A stretch of 39,292 nucleotides of DNA from a virus. Taxonomy: Duplodnaviria > Caudoviricetes. The translations under genes were made by a program, and so were the position numbers. The notes under the pieces are model-generated. The model was given only the letters and a program-made list of their open reading frames with translations, did no database searches and was not told where the DNA came from. How positions within the stretch are numbered: position 1 is the first letter of the stretch; each line of letters starts with the position of its first letter. Positions 26,199 to 35,456 of the stretch are shown here, piece by piece. The stretch lies in IMG/VR virus record IMGVR_UViG_3300020402_000055, positions 1-39,292 of that record. One strand, given 5' to 3'.

Positions 26199-26726
26199 TT
26201 AGCTAGTGGTATTTGACTCCCAGTATTGCATTTGTAGCTCTACAGTGAATTCTTCAATTGTGTTTTCCTGGTCATAGGCAACCTCAATTGCTGAAATGTT
26301 AGAAGGCCACATTCCTCGAATATCAATACTCTTGGTTACGTTTCCTTCTTTATCAAGTTGTTCGATAACACCGTCAGCTTGATAGTCTGTAGGATTACTT
26401 AGCCCACTGTTAGAATTGTGACCATTAATACCATTACTCCATCTTTCGAAAGCGTCTCTAACTTCGAAACCGACATCGTTGATAACCGTAATAGTCCATG
26501 GTTCAAAAGACCTATCTCCAGCTATCTGAAGTTTTCTTCCTCTGAACGGAACTTCTACAGGTGCTACAATCGATGCTGGGAAAGAACCCGCCTTACACAT
26601 AAATGATGTAAGTTCAACGTCTCCTCCCGCGTATCCTGGGAAGTTAACAGTACACTTGAATAAGTTTCCACGTGCACCACCGCCAACTAGTTTAGATTTA
26701 AAATCATCTACTCCTAAAATTGCCAT
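26199..26726 (-). CDS. gp19: Tail tube protein
   Basis: GGARGNLF, VPFRGR, AGDRSFEPWTITVIND, IEEFTVE.Q.QYW. Confidence 0.97.
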   Translation of the reverse strand: MAILGVDDFKSKLVGGGARGNLFKCTVNFPGYAGGDVELTSFMCKAGSFPASIVAPVEVPFRGRKLQIAGDRSFEPWTITVINDVGFEVRDAFERWSNGINGHNSNSGLSNPTDYQADGVIEQLDKEGNVTKSIDIRGMWPSNISAIEVAYDQENTIEEFTVELQMQYWESNTTS

Positions 26727-26736
26727 GTTTTACCCC

Positions 26737-28428
26737 CTATACTCCTGCGATCTCGGAGAATTCGACTCCGGTTCTTGTTGCAATGAAGTTCAAAGTAATA
26801 AAGTTAATAGACCTTGCAGGCTTAATGAATATGTCTGCTACGAATCTATTTGAATCTATTACTTGACCTGTGTTATTAGTTGTGTCACAAATTACTTGGA
26901 AATCTGTAATACCTCTACGCCCTTTAACGTCTCTTAAGAATGGCTCAACTAAGTTTCTGAATTGAGCTCTTGTAAATTCATCGTTGAATTCGAAAAGTTG
27001 TGCTTTAGCAGCTGTTGCTATAGCTTTTTCTAATACAATGAATAACCTTCTGACGTTAATCCTATCAAAAGCGGAAGGTCTGCTAAGTAGAGTTTTATCT
27101 CCAAATAACATCATACCTTCTCCAGGGAAAGATACTAAAGGATTAACACGTCCTTTATATAGTGTATCTCTATCTGCTTTTTTAGGATTGAAAGCTAATT
27201 TTGTTGCGCCTAATAGTTGGCCTCGGTTAACACCTGCTGGTGAGAACCATGCATCTGCCACTCTATCAGTATTAGCACATAAGCCCGCTACGTGACCAGC
27301 TGCACCAATATATCTAAATACATCGTTGTATTTGTCATATACGTATAGTGCGGATGAATCACAGACTGCGTATGAAGAACTAGTTAAACCATTTGCAAAC
27401 GCCATAACGTCTGTTGCTGGTGAAGAACTTCCTACTGTGTCTTCTATCGGAGGTGATACAAATGCAACTAAATCTTTTCTTGCTTCTGCAATAGAGATTA
27501 AGTCTTCTGCAATTGTTTCTTGTCCGTTAGCATCTGGACATGCAAACAATAAGTTAACATCAACAGTTTCAGCGTCTTCGAATAGGTCATAACCTAATGC
27601 GATTTCACCGGCTGTTGGTGTATTATCGTCTGAACCACCACTTAAGCTATGGTCTATAGCTGATGCGTGTGTGTCAAATGCTGAGCTTCTGGATGCTAAT
27701 GTTTCTCCAGCGTTTGTTAGATTTGTAGAATCGTGATCGGACCACCAAATATATTCAGATTGTGCATTAATCACATCTTTATAATAGTTAGTAGTTCCAT
27801 CAGTTTTCTTCGCATCAGCCGCTTGAGATACAAAGGCGAATGTTTCTAGGACTGTACCAGCTGTACCTGTCCATAATCCGTCTTCGTCAATAACTGCTAC
27901 GTGTAATTCGTCGTTATAATTGGCTTTACCTAAGTTGACTGCGTAATCAGATGTACCAGGAGCTCCATCGAATTCTCCTGCAAAAGGCCATGCTGAAAAG
28001 TTACTGATTCCTTGCGAAATCATAGAAACTTTTAAGCTGTTTCCTAATGAACCTGGGTACTTAGCAACCCATAAACCTTTGTTTAACGAACCATTCGAGT
28101 AGTTATTATCATAATCATCTTCGTTCTTAATAAGTTGTCCAGTACCGTCCGCGGTCGCATTATCATGACCTGTGACTGCACGTACAACTTTCAGCGCGTT
28201 ACCATATTTTAGGAATGCCGCTGCTGTAAGAAAATATTTCGCTGTATTGTCGTCTGGAGTGCCAAATTTCTCAGCTAATTCTGATTCAGAACCTACTGTA
28301 CAAATTTCGCCTGCTGGACCCCAGTTGAATGAACCTACAAATCCACCAATGCTGGTAGATACTGCTGGGATTACATTCGTTGCGTCTATTTCTTTTACCT
28401 GGACGCCTGGTGATACTTGAAATGCCAT
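26737..28428 (-). CDS. gp18: Contractile tail sheath protein
   Basis: SPGVQVKEID, FNWGP, WFSPAG.NRG, GDKT, FDRINVRRLF, KPARSINFITLNF. Confidence 0.98.
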   Translation of the reverse strand: MAFQVSPGVQVKEIDATNVIPAVSTSIGGFVGSFNWGPAGEICTVGSESELAEKFGTPDDNTAKYFLTAAAFLKYGNALKVVRAVTGHDNATADGTGQLIKNEDDYDNNYSNGSLNKGLWVAKYPGSLGNSLKVSMISQGISNFSAWPFAGEFDGAPGTSDYAVNLGKANYNDELHVAVIDEDGLWTGTAGTVLETFAFVSQAADAKKTDGTTNYYKDVINAQSEYIWWSDHDSTNLTNAGETLASRSSAFDTHASAIDHSLSGGSDDNTPTAGEIALGYDLFEDAETVDVNLLFACPDANGQETIAEDLISIAEARKDLVAFVSPPIEDTVGSSSPATDVMAFANGLTSSSYAVCDSSALYVYDKYNDVFRYIGAAGHVAGLCANTDRVADAWFSPAGVNRGQLLGATKLAFNPKKADRDTLYKGRVNPLVSFPGEGMMLFGDKTLLSRPSAFDRINVRRLFIVLEKAIATAAKAQLFEFNDEFTRAQFRNLVEPFLRDVKGRRGITDFQVICDTTNNTGQVIDSNRFVADIFIKPARSINFITLNFIATRTGVEFSEIAGV

Positions 28429-28518
28429 CGCTTTATCCTCTCATTTGTTGTTGTGAGTTAGTTTATAAGTTTCATAATACGGTTATATTCAATACTTTTA
28501 TTTATGATTTCTATCTTT

Positions 28519-29973
28519 CTAAGTGTCGGTATCGTCTTCTTTACCAACATGATCGGACAATATAAACCTTCTATTTGGATTAACTGCGATCTTAAATGTG
28601 GTCATTAACTCTCTATTTACTAACATTTCCGAAGCAGAATCGGTTGTAGTTAAACCTATTCTTGTATTTGGATATGCTTTATTATTAAAATTAACCGTCA
28701 TTTCTACAACGGGTCTTTTTTCTTGTACAGTTGGCAATCTTCTAGCTATTGAAACATCTACTATATTTGATGTAAATTTAGAACCATTCTTTTCCCATAT
28801 AGCTGTATCACCATCTATTTTTAATTTATCTACATGTAGCATAGAAGCATTTGTTCCATTTCCTGTATCAAATTTAGCACGGATTGGATGTTCTAATCCT
28901 TCTATTGTTAATCTTTCTATATAACCACTCTCTGTTCTATATAATGGTTTTCTATGTAATTCATGTGTAAAGTAATCTATAATATTTTCTAATATCTGTG
29001 CATCGCTAATTTTTCCTAAAGATTTTTCATCTTCTAAATCATATCCGTTAAAGTGGGAACGAATACCTGGTGAACCATTTATCTCTAATACATAAAAATT
29101 ATTTGCAACTTTACAGTGGTCAACACCACAATATAGTGCGCCAGTCGCACGTGCGGACTGCTTAACAAGTTCTTTTTCTTCATCCGATAGTTTATATGGG
29201 ATAGTTTTAGCACCTAAGTGAACATTATTTCTAAATTCTTTATTATCTTGTTTAATACGTTCTGCCGATCCTAATATCTTACCATTTACAACTAATGTTC
29301 TTATATCTGATTTTATAGGTAAGTATTCTTGGATTAGTAATTGTGCATCGTATTTCCATAAGGCTTGACAAACAGAAACTAGTGATTGTTTACTTTCTGC
29401 TATAGCAACACCAATACCTTGTGTACCAGTTAGTGTTTTTATAACTACTGGAAATTTATTTCCTATTTTTTTGTGTGCGCTTTCTATAGATTTAACATTT
29501 GTTATTACAGAAGATTTAGGTGTAGGTATATTATTACGGTCCAATGCAATTACATTTGACATTTTGTTATCACATAACATCATAGATTCTAAATCATTTA
29601 CCATAAAGAATCCGTATGTTCCTAATGTAGATACTAATGCTTGAGAAGTTAAACTCTGTATTGCACCTGCTCTTACAAATACAATAGAGTTTTCTCTAGA
29701 TATTTCTATTTCTCCGTCTTCTCCATCGTAATTATGGAAAAGAACAGAACCTAAATCTACATCGGCGTTTGCTATATAAGCTTCTTCTACATTAATTAGC
29801 GTAAATTTCATTCCACGCTTTTTAGTTATCTTACTAACTATATCTGCAAATGTTCCTTCTTCTTCACCAAGACCAAGTACAATACAATGTAGTTTAGAAG
29901 GATCTTTTTCAAATACCTTCTTTTCAACTACCGGATTGTTTACCGCTTCTTGCCATTCGTTAAAGTTTTGCAT
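28519..29973 (-). CDS. rimK: RimK-family ATP-grasp glutamate ligase fused to a C-terminal RimB-like (retropepsin-fold, ATP-dependent zinc protease family) domain
   Basis: ATP-grasp: CDNK, IPTPKS, FPVVIKTLTGTQGIGV, IQEYL, DIRTLVV, EFRNNVHLG, CGVD, LEINGSPG; protease: IRAKFDTGNG...RPVV...MLVNRELM....VNP. Confidence 0.9.
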   Translation of the reverse strand: MQNFNEWQEAVNNPVVEKKVFEKDPSKLHCIVLGLGEEEGTFADIVSKITKKRGMKFTLINVEEAYIANADVDLGSVLFHNYDGEDGEIEISRENSIVFVRAGAIQSLTSQALVSTLGTYGFFMVNDLESMMLCDNKMSNVIALDRNNIPTPKSSVITNVKSIESAHKKIGNKFPVVIKTLTGTQGIGVAIAESKQSLVSVCQALWKYDAQLLIQEYLPIKSDIRTLVVNGKILGSAERIKQDNKEFRNNVHLGAKTIPYKLSDEEKELVKQSARATGALYCGVDHCKVANNFYVLEINGSPGIRSHFNGYDLEDEKSLGKISDAQILENIIDYFTHELHRKPLYRTESGYIERLTIEGLEHPIRAKFDTGNGTNASMLHVDKLKIDGDTAIWEKNGSKFTSNIVDVSIARRLPTVQEKRPVVEMTVNFNNKAYPNTRIGLTTTDSASEMLVNRELMTTFKIAVNPNRRFILSDHVGKEDDTDT

Positions 29974-29974
29974 C

Positions 29975-31585
29975 TTACCAGTTAATTAAATTAGTATCTT
30001 CCTCGAACCATATAGTTCCGTCTTTGTCTTTAGTATATTTATGCTCTTCATTATTATCACCTAAATAACCAACAGGAAGCATATCATCTTGTATTTCTTT
30101 TAATCTTTCTTTGTACAACATTTCTTTCATATCAATATCTGTTAAAGACCTGAATATATCTGTTGTTGCAAACCATGAAAACAAAACTAAGTTCATCATT
30201 AAATCATCATGGTTCGGTGCTATAGCCATAAAGGTTTTACCTCTTGAAACAAAAGTACTCATTTCGATAATCGTTTGTTGGTCCACAATTTTTAATTTAC
30301 CTTGTTCGATAAAGTCTTTTATTGTAGAACATCCAATACGTTTTACCCTTCGCGTCATTGTTGCGCCAATTCCAGCAGCTTTTACTGATGACTCAACAAA
30401 CATATTTTCATATTCTAAATCATAATATAATCCATTACAGACTACAGCACCTTGGTCATTCGATTCTACAATCACATAAGCATCATTATAAGCTTTTGCA
30501 TATCGATATATTACATCTGGAAATAACATTGGTGCAATATTGTTATCTCTAAATACACATACTTGTTCAAAAGGTTGTGTTGTTGTATCGATTATATTAA
30601 ATGTACTATAATCTTGTCCACGCCCTTTTGCAACATCTACCGTCATTATATAATCGTGTCCTTCAACAGGTTGTTTATATAACCACACGTTATCTTTATA
30701 TTCTTCAGGTTCTTCTGCTTTCTGTGCTAATAAATGATTTGCACTAATAAGAGTATTACCTCTCCCATGAAAAGTATTACCAAACTCTTGGTCAAACTGT
30801 AATTCCGATGTATTCGCTACAGTTTCTTCTTTCCATTTTTCATCTCTTCCCGGTACATCCCACCAATCTATACGGAAAGGTTTAAATTCATTTGTACCTT
30901 GTGTTGCACCTTCCCAAAGTTTATGATATACATTTCCAATACCATTTGCTGTAGAACAAATAATAATTTGTGTATCTTTACCAGCTGATACCACCGGATA
31001 TGTAGAAGTATAAAATCTTGCATCATCATCTATAAAAGCAAACTCATCTAAGAATAATAGATTAATTGATAAACCCCTTATAGAACTTCCGGACGTTGCC
31101 GCTGCTAATATTTTACTGTTATTACTAAACTCTATACTACCTTTATTTAAAGCTTTACATCCAGGTTGTAAAAAGAATGGTAAATTCTCTAACGCTAAAG
31201 TTATCCTGGCTAACATTTCTCTCGCAACAGCACCTTTGTTAGCCAGGATTGCTATGGTTTTCTCTGGATGAAATACTGCGTACCAGAGAAGATAAACCAC
31301 AGACGAAATCGATTTACCACTTTGTCTACATGCTAGAACAATACTGAATCTATTTTTATTAAAATGCCTAAACATTTTTTGTTGATAAGGATATAAATCA
31401 AATGGTACTAATCCTTCATCAAGAGATATTATCTTAACATATTTCTTTGCAAAGTATACAGGGTCTTTCATACATTTCATGTATTCCCTTATTTCACTTT
31501 TACTAAATTCAGTTTCTACACCATCACGTTTTACAGATGGATTACCTAAGTAGCCAAATTCGTTATTCTTAATCTTCTGCATCAA
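29975..31585 (-). CDS. gp17: Terminase large subunit
   Basis: YLGNP, DLYPYQ, RQSGKS, LFLDEFAF, STANG, VDVAKGRGQDYS, HDDLMM. Confidence 0.98.
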   Translation of the reverse strand: MMQKIKNNEFGYLGNPSVKRDGVETEFSKSEIREYMKCMKDPVYFAKKYVKIISLDEGLVPFDLYPYQQKMFRHFNKNRFSIVLACRQSGKSISSVVYLLWYAVFHPEKTIAILANKGAVAREMLARITLALENLPFFLQPGCKALNKGSIEFSNNSKILAAATSGSSIRGLSINLLFLDEFAFIDDDARFYTSTYPVVSAGKDTQIIICSTANGIGNVYHKLWEGATQGTNEFKPFRIDWWDVPGRDEKWKEETVANTSELQFDQEFGNTFHGRGNTLISANHLLAQKAEEPEEYKDNVWLYKQPVEGHDYIMTVDVAKGRGQDYSTFNIIDTTTQPFEQVCVFRDNNIAPMLFPDVIYRYAKAYNDAYVIVESNDQGAVVCNGLYYDLEYENMFVESSVKAAGIGATMTRRVKRIGCSTIKDFIEQGKLKIVDQQTIIEMSTFVSRGKTFMAIAPNHDDLMMNLVLFSWFATTDIFRSLTDIDMKEMLYKERLKEIQDDMLPVGYLGDNNEEHKYTKDKDGTIWFEEDTNLINW

Positions 31586-31976
31586 TAAAATCTTTATCTA
31601 ATAACATTCTTTGTAAATCAGTTGTACTGCCAACAAACAAATTGTTATTTGTAATAGCTTTTGCTTTTTCTTTTTCCTCGTCTTCTTGTGATAATTTCTT
31701 TTTATCAGCTTGTAAAGCCATAAGTTTTTCTGTTGTATCTGCAACATCTTTTATTGCTCTAGATAATACTTCGAACGCGCGAGGGTGCTCGCTCTCGCGT
31801 GCGAGTTCCGCGAGCGTATCTAAACTTCCCATTCCAGTATTAATTAGGTCTTTATAAGTTCTTCTAGAAAATTCGTAGTCGTCTTTTATATCTTTCTTAT
31901 CTTTTATTTCCTGTGCTTCAGGAACGACTGGTAGATTTTTTTCTAAAGACTTTTGTAATTTATCTTTTCTATCCAT
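31569..31976 (-). CDS. gp16: Terminase small subunit
   Basis: DDYEFSR, ESEHPRAFEV, NNNLFVGSTTDL. Confidence 0.95.
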   Translation of the reverse strand: MDRKDKLQKSLEKNLPVVPEAQEIKDKKDIKDDYEFSRRTYKDLINTGMGSLDTLAELARESEHPRAFEVLSRAIKDVADTTEKLMALQADKKKLSQEDEEKEKAKAITNNNLFVGSTTDLQRMLLDKDFIDAED

Positions 31977-31983
31977 AATTTAT

Positions 31984-33528
31984 TCATCCTGTAATGTTTA
32001 TTTTTCCACCCATTCCACTGTGGTTCGAACAATAATAATATAATGTATCTGGGGTATTTTCATTAGGTGCTAGTTGTGCTGAGGTTGTAGTTGTTGTCAC
32101 CCCAACAGTATATTCATTACCACCATTATGTGTTCCATCTTCTACCGTAGAAAATCTAAAAGGATGTGCTGCAGGATGGTTAAATATGTAAGTGTTTCCA
32201 CGTACCATGTTGTATTCTCTTTGCTGAATATCACCAATAAAATATTTATTTCCTGATATGTTTAATGTATCTCCAACAGCTAGTGTTGCATTAACGTTAA
32301 TATCAATTAAATTTGCAGAATAATTTACTCCCTCAATAGCTGCTGCAGCCGTTGAATTTATTTTTACAGTATCTCCAGCCGATAGTCCAGTTCCAAATGT
32401 AATAGAACCAGCCCCTGTACCATCTAAATCAGTTCGTGTATAATCAGCAGGAGAATATTTTCGGACATTATTTACAAATACTTCTTCTGAACCTTGGGCA
32501 TAACTTAAAGTTTGCCCATTATTATCAAAAATAGGATTTCCTGAACTATCAGTTCCACCAAATTTAGTTTGACCAGCTGTTGCGGTAAAGAGAAATTCTT
32601 TTACAGTTGGAAAACTAAAAGAACTACTTCCAATAGTCACAATGTTTGTAAGTCCTAATCCAGTAGCATCGTTTATAAAAATAGTATCATCATTCGGTAC
32701 AGGTTGTACGACTGTCACTGGAATAATTACACTTTGAACGCCAACAGTTTCAGTAATTGTATTTGCTGGTCCAATATTTCCAGGAGCAATAGTATCTCTT
32801 GTAGTGCTAATTGTAAACGAACTTGCACTATCATTTGCACCAACTGAAAAATTCAGTCCTTGGAAGAACTCTGCTGGTACTTGTTTTTCGAAATCTAAAT
32901 TAATTGTACGTATTATAGATTGGTCTCTAGTTGGTCCATAGAACTTCATTTTCATTGTAAAGTCTAATTGGTAAGTTAATACTCTTCTTTCTGTAAAGTC
33001 ACCTTCATATTCATCTTGGATAGAAACCCCTGTTAGTACAATTGGAACGTCTTGTTTATGGTCAAATCCATCTACTGGTTTAATTGTAATTGTATATTCT
33101 GGCTGAAAGTATGGTAATATTTGTTCAACTATTTGTAAACCATCATCTTGGTTTTTAGCTAAAATATTTAATTGCATACCAATATTATAAGAAGTATAAT
33201 GTGATATTGTTTTCTTTTTGCTTACATCACTCGCATGGTCTTCTACAATCTTATTCATCTTTTGTTGTTTGATATTTGTATCTAACTCTAAAGAAGTCAT
33301 TTCAAAAGCCATACGTGGAAGTTTAATCGCCATTGGCGCATCGAATCCTGTCTCTTGGTCTAAACGTGCTAAGAATTTTTGTTTTGGTCCATACGCTAAC
33401 GGAACTTTTACTTGGTTAAGTACAGCACCACTTGCACCTTTTCTGATAACTTTAATATCATTAAAGAGTGTACCAAATACAGCAACTGATTTTCTCATTG
33501 TTGCGTGGTAAAAATGTGAACCAAACAT
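31984..33528 (-). CDS. gp15: Tail sheath stabiliser/terminator with long C-terminal extension (cupredoxin-like end)
   Basis: FGTLFN, VPLAYGPKQKF, LPRMAFE, QIVEQILPYFQP, DEYEGDF..RR; about 280 extra aa ending HPFRFS...YYYCSNHSGMGG. Confidence 0.92.
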   Translation of the reverse strand: MFGSHFYHATMRKSVAVFGTLFNDIKVIRKGASGAVLNQVKVPLAYGPKQKFLARLDQETGFDAPMAIKLPRMAFEMTSLELDTNIKQQKMNKIVEDHASDVSKKKTISHYTSYNIGMQLNILAKNQDDGLQIVEQILPYFQPEYTITIKPVDGFDHKQDVPIVLTGVSIQDEYEGDFTERRVLTYQLDFTMKMKFYGPTRDQSIIRTINLDFEKQVPAEFFQGLNFSVGANDSASSFTISTTRDTIAPGNIGPANTITETVGVQSVIIPVTVVQPVPNDDTIFINDATGLGLTNIVTIGSSSFSFPTVKEFLFTATAGQTKFGGTDSSGNPIFDNNGQTLSYAQGSEEVFVNNVRKYSPADYTRTDLDGTGAGSITFGTGLSAGDTVKINSTAAAAIEGVNYSANLIDINVNATLAVGDTLNISGNKYFIGDIQQREYNMVRGNTYIFNHPAAHPFRFSTVEDGTHNGGNEYTVGVTTTTTSAQLAPNENTPDTLYYYCSNHSGMGGKINITG

Positions 33529-34457
33529 TAGTAAGTATCTGACGGATCGCCGAATGGATTTGCTTCTGTAAAGTCTATAAAGCTATCTGCTTCTAACTCT
33601 AGAGCAACATTCTCCGCCCCTCCATCTGTTGTAAATGTTTGTGTATTATCTGAAACATCATATATCTTAGTAATTGTTCCTGTAAATCCTGTATTCGAAC
33701 CTGTTAATAGTGCTGTGCTAGAAACAATAAAGTCTTTTGCAACACCTGCAGAACCAGTCACACCAATATTAGATATTCCATACGTACCAGCTGTTGCTGA
33801 TGTTTTAGTTCTTTGTTGAACTTCACCAGATACAGTAATACCTGTTCCAACTATTTGTGAAACTGTTTCACCAACTTCAAAATGATTATTTCCTGTGACT
33901 GTCACATCCACGAATACTTGATATGCACTTTGCCCAGTTTTTAAATCTATCTCTTCTATACCAGTTTCGAAATCTTCTTCTGAATATTCGAATAGTGAAC
34001 ATTGCATTCTGTAAACTGGTAAGTTAGATAATTGGAAGAATGGATTATCGTCTTCTACGTAATTAATTTCAAAGAATGAATTTGTCATTGGAAGGAATAT
34101 AACATCACCTTCTTGTGGTCTTGGGTCAGTCACATTACTAGAAAACTTACCAACTAATCTTTCCCAAACTCTTCGTGATATAATAAATGTAGCTTCGTCT
34201 CTTATCTCTAATCCAAACTTAGACATAAGGTCACCAGCACCTTCGAATCCATCTGTGTTTTCAATATATGCTTCCATTAAATAAGCATCATCGAATTTAG
34301 ATGCAGGGTCTTCTCCAAGAATACTATCTCGATTTACAAGAGTACGTGGAACATAATAAATGTCCTGTCCGTAAATTTGTAAACTCTCAACAATTAAATC
34401 TTCATAGAGATTCTGTTCTGATTTAACTGCCTGAGAAAAGAAAACGTTTCTAGGCAT
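33528..34457 (-). CDS. gp14: Neck protein
   Basis: EQNLYEDLIVESLQIYG.D.YY.PR, SKFGLEIRDE, RPQEGD.I..P, FTEANPFG. Confidence 0.95.
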   Translation of the reverse strand: MPRNVFFSQAVKSEQNLYEDLIVESLQIYGQDIYYVPRTLVNRDSILGEDPASKFDDAYLMEAYIENTDGFEGAGDLMSKFGLEIRDEATFIISRRVWERLVGKFSSNVTDPRPQEGDVIFLPMTNSFFEINYVEDDNPFFQLSNLPVYRMQCSLFEYSEEDFETGIEEIDLKTGQSAYQVFVDVTVTGNNHFEVGETVSQIVGTGITVSGEVQQRTKTSATAGTYGISNIGVTGSAGVAKDFIVSSTALLTGSNTGFTGTITKIYDVSDNTQTFTTDGGAENVALELEADSFIDFTEANPFGDPSDTY

Positions 34458-34460
34458 GTG

Positions 34461-35438
34461 TTATCCTGTATAAAAGTCGACCGGTTGTTCCCAATTTAAT
34501 CGAGCTTCTTCTTCTAATCTTGTGATTTCTTCATTTGCATCATCATAAAGCTGTCGCCCATTAAATGTTACTCCACCCGGCATTACCATGCCCTCGAACT
34601 TTAATAAATTTTGACCCCATTGCCTTTTGATTAATGCTGTTGCGTATTTTTTTAAGAAGTAATCATTATAAACATCAGTGTATGTATCAGGGTCAAGAAT
34701 ACGATAACACTCTACGACTAAATAATCATCTACTTCTACTTCATCTGACCAATTCATAAAAATATCTAATTGATTTTTATGCATGTCAAAGTTAATTTGT
34801 TTTTCATCACTATCTACAACGTTATCAAGCATATCTAAATATTGCATACTCATAACGTATTCTGCTAAACTACCCATAAATCCTAAACTATATAAATCGT
34901 TTAGATGTATTTGGTATCTAATATCAAACATATCACTAGTTGAAACAGAATCACGAATAGGAATAACTCGTACAACATTTTGTACTAAATTATTAATAGG
35001 AATAAATCTATTCTCTATATCACCTTTTACTATTCCACCTGATGATGATATAACACCTGTTGCGCCAGATGAACCACCAGTCACGGTTTCACCAGCTTGA
35101 AATGGTACATTTGAATCTCCAAGTAAATTATATCTGAGTGTAGAATTACTTGGTACTGATTTAATTATTGCTGTTGCACCAGATGTTCCACCGGTAATTG
35201 TTTCTTTTTCTACAAATGTTCCTGTTGTGACTGCTTGGAATATTAATTCACTATTTGTAACTTTATGTTTTAGAAAAACTCTTTCAACACCATCCATGTG
35301 ATAGTTTTGATAGAATTGTAGCGCTTCGTCTATTCTATCATCTATTTGGTCATCGTCCACATTTATTTCAATCACTGGTGCACCCAAAGATCTTAAACAG
35401 TGGTCGACTAATGTTGCTTTACTATTTGGTGCTGCCAT
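34461..35438 (-). CDS. gp13: Neck protein
   Basis: LRSLGAPVIEINV...QI.DRIDEA, KKYATALIKRQWG.NL.KF....PGGV..NG. Confidence 0.95.
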   Translation of the reverse strand: MAAPNSKATLVDHCLRSLGAPVIEINVDDDQIDDRIDEALQFYQNYHMDGVERVFLKHKVTNSELIFQAVTTGTFVEKETITGGTSGATAIIKSVPSNSTLRYNLLGDSNVPFQAGETVTGGSSGATGVISSSGGIVKGDIENRFIPINNLVQNVVRVIPIRDSVSTSDMFDIRYQIHLNDLYSLGFMGSLAEYVMSMQYLDMLDNVVDSDEKQINFDMHKNQLDIFMNWSDEVEVDDYLVVECYRILDPDTYTDVYNDYFLKKYATALIKRQWGQNLLKFEGMVMPGGVTFNGRQLYDDANEEITRLEEEARLNWEQPVDFYTG

Positions 35439-35443
35439 AATAC

Positions 35444-35451
35444 TATTTATA
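35444..35451 (-). promoter_or_regulatory. T4-type late promoter for gp13, leaderless
   Basis: TATAAATA-GTATT-ATG. Confidence 0.8.
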
Positions 35452-35456
35452 TATAT

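Noticed and set aside
2386-31585. Introns, inteins or homing endonucleases in gp43, uvsW, gp17, gp20 or gp23
   Set aside because: All are uninterrupted ORFs of ordinary length with no recognisable intein or endonuclease motifs
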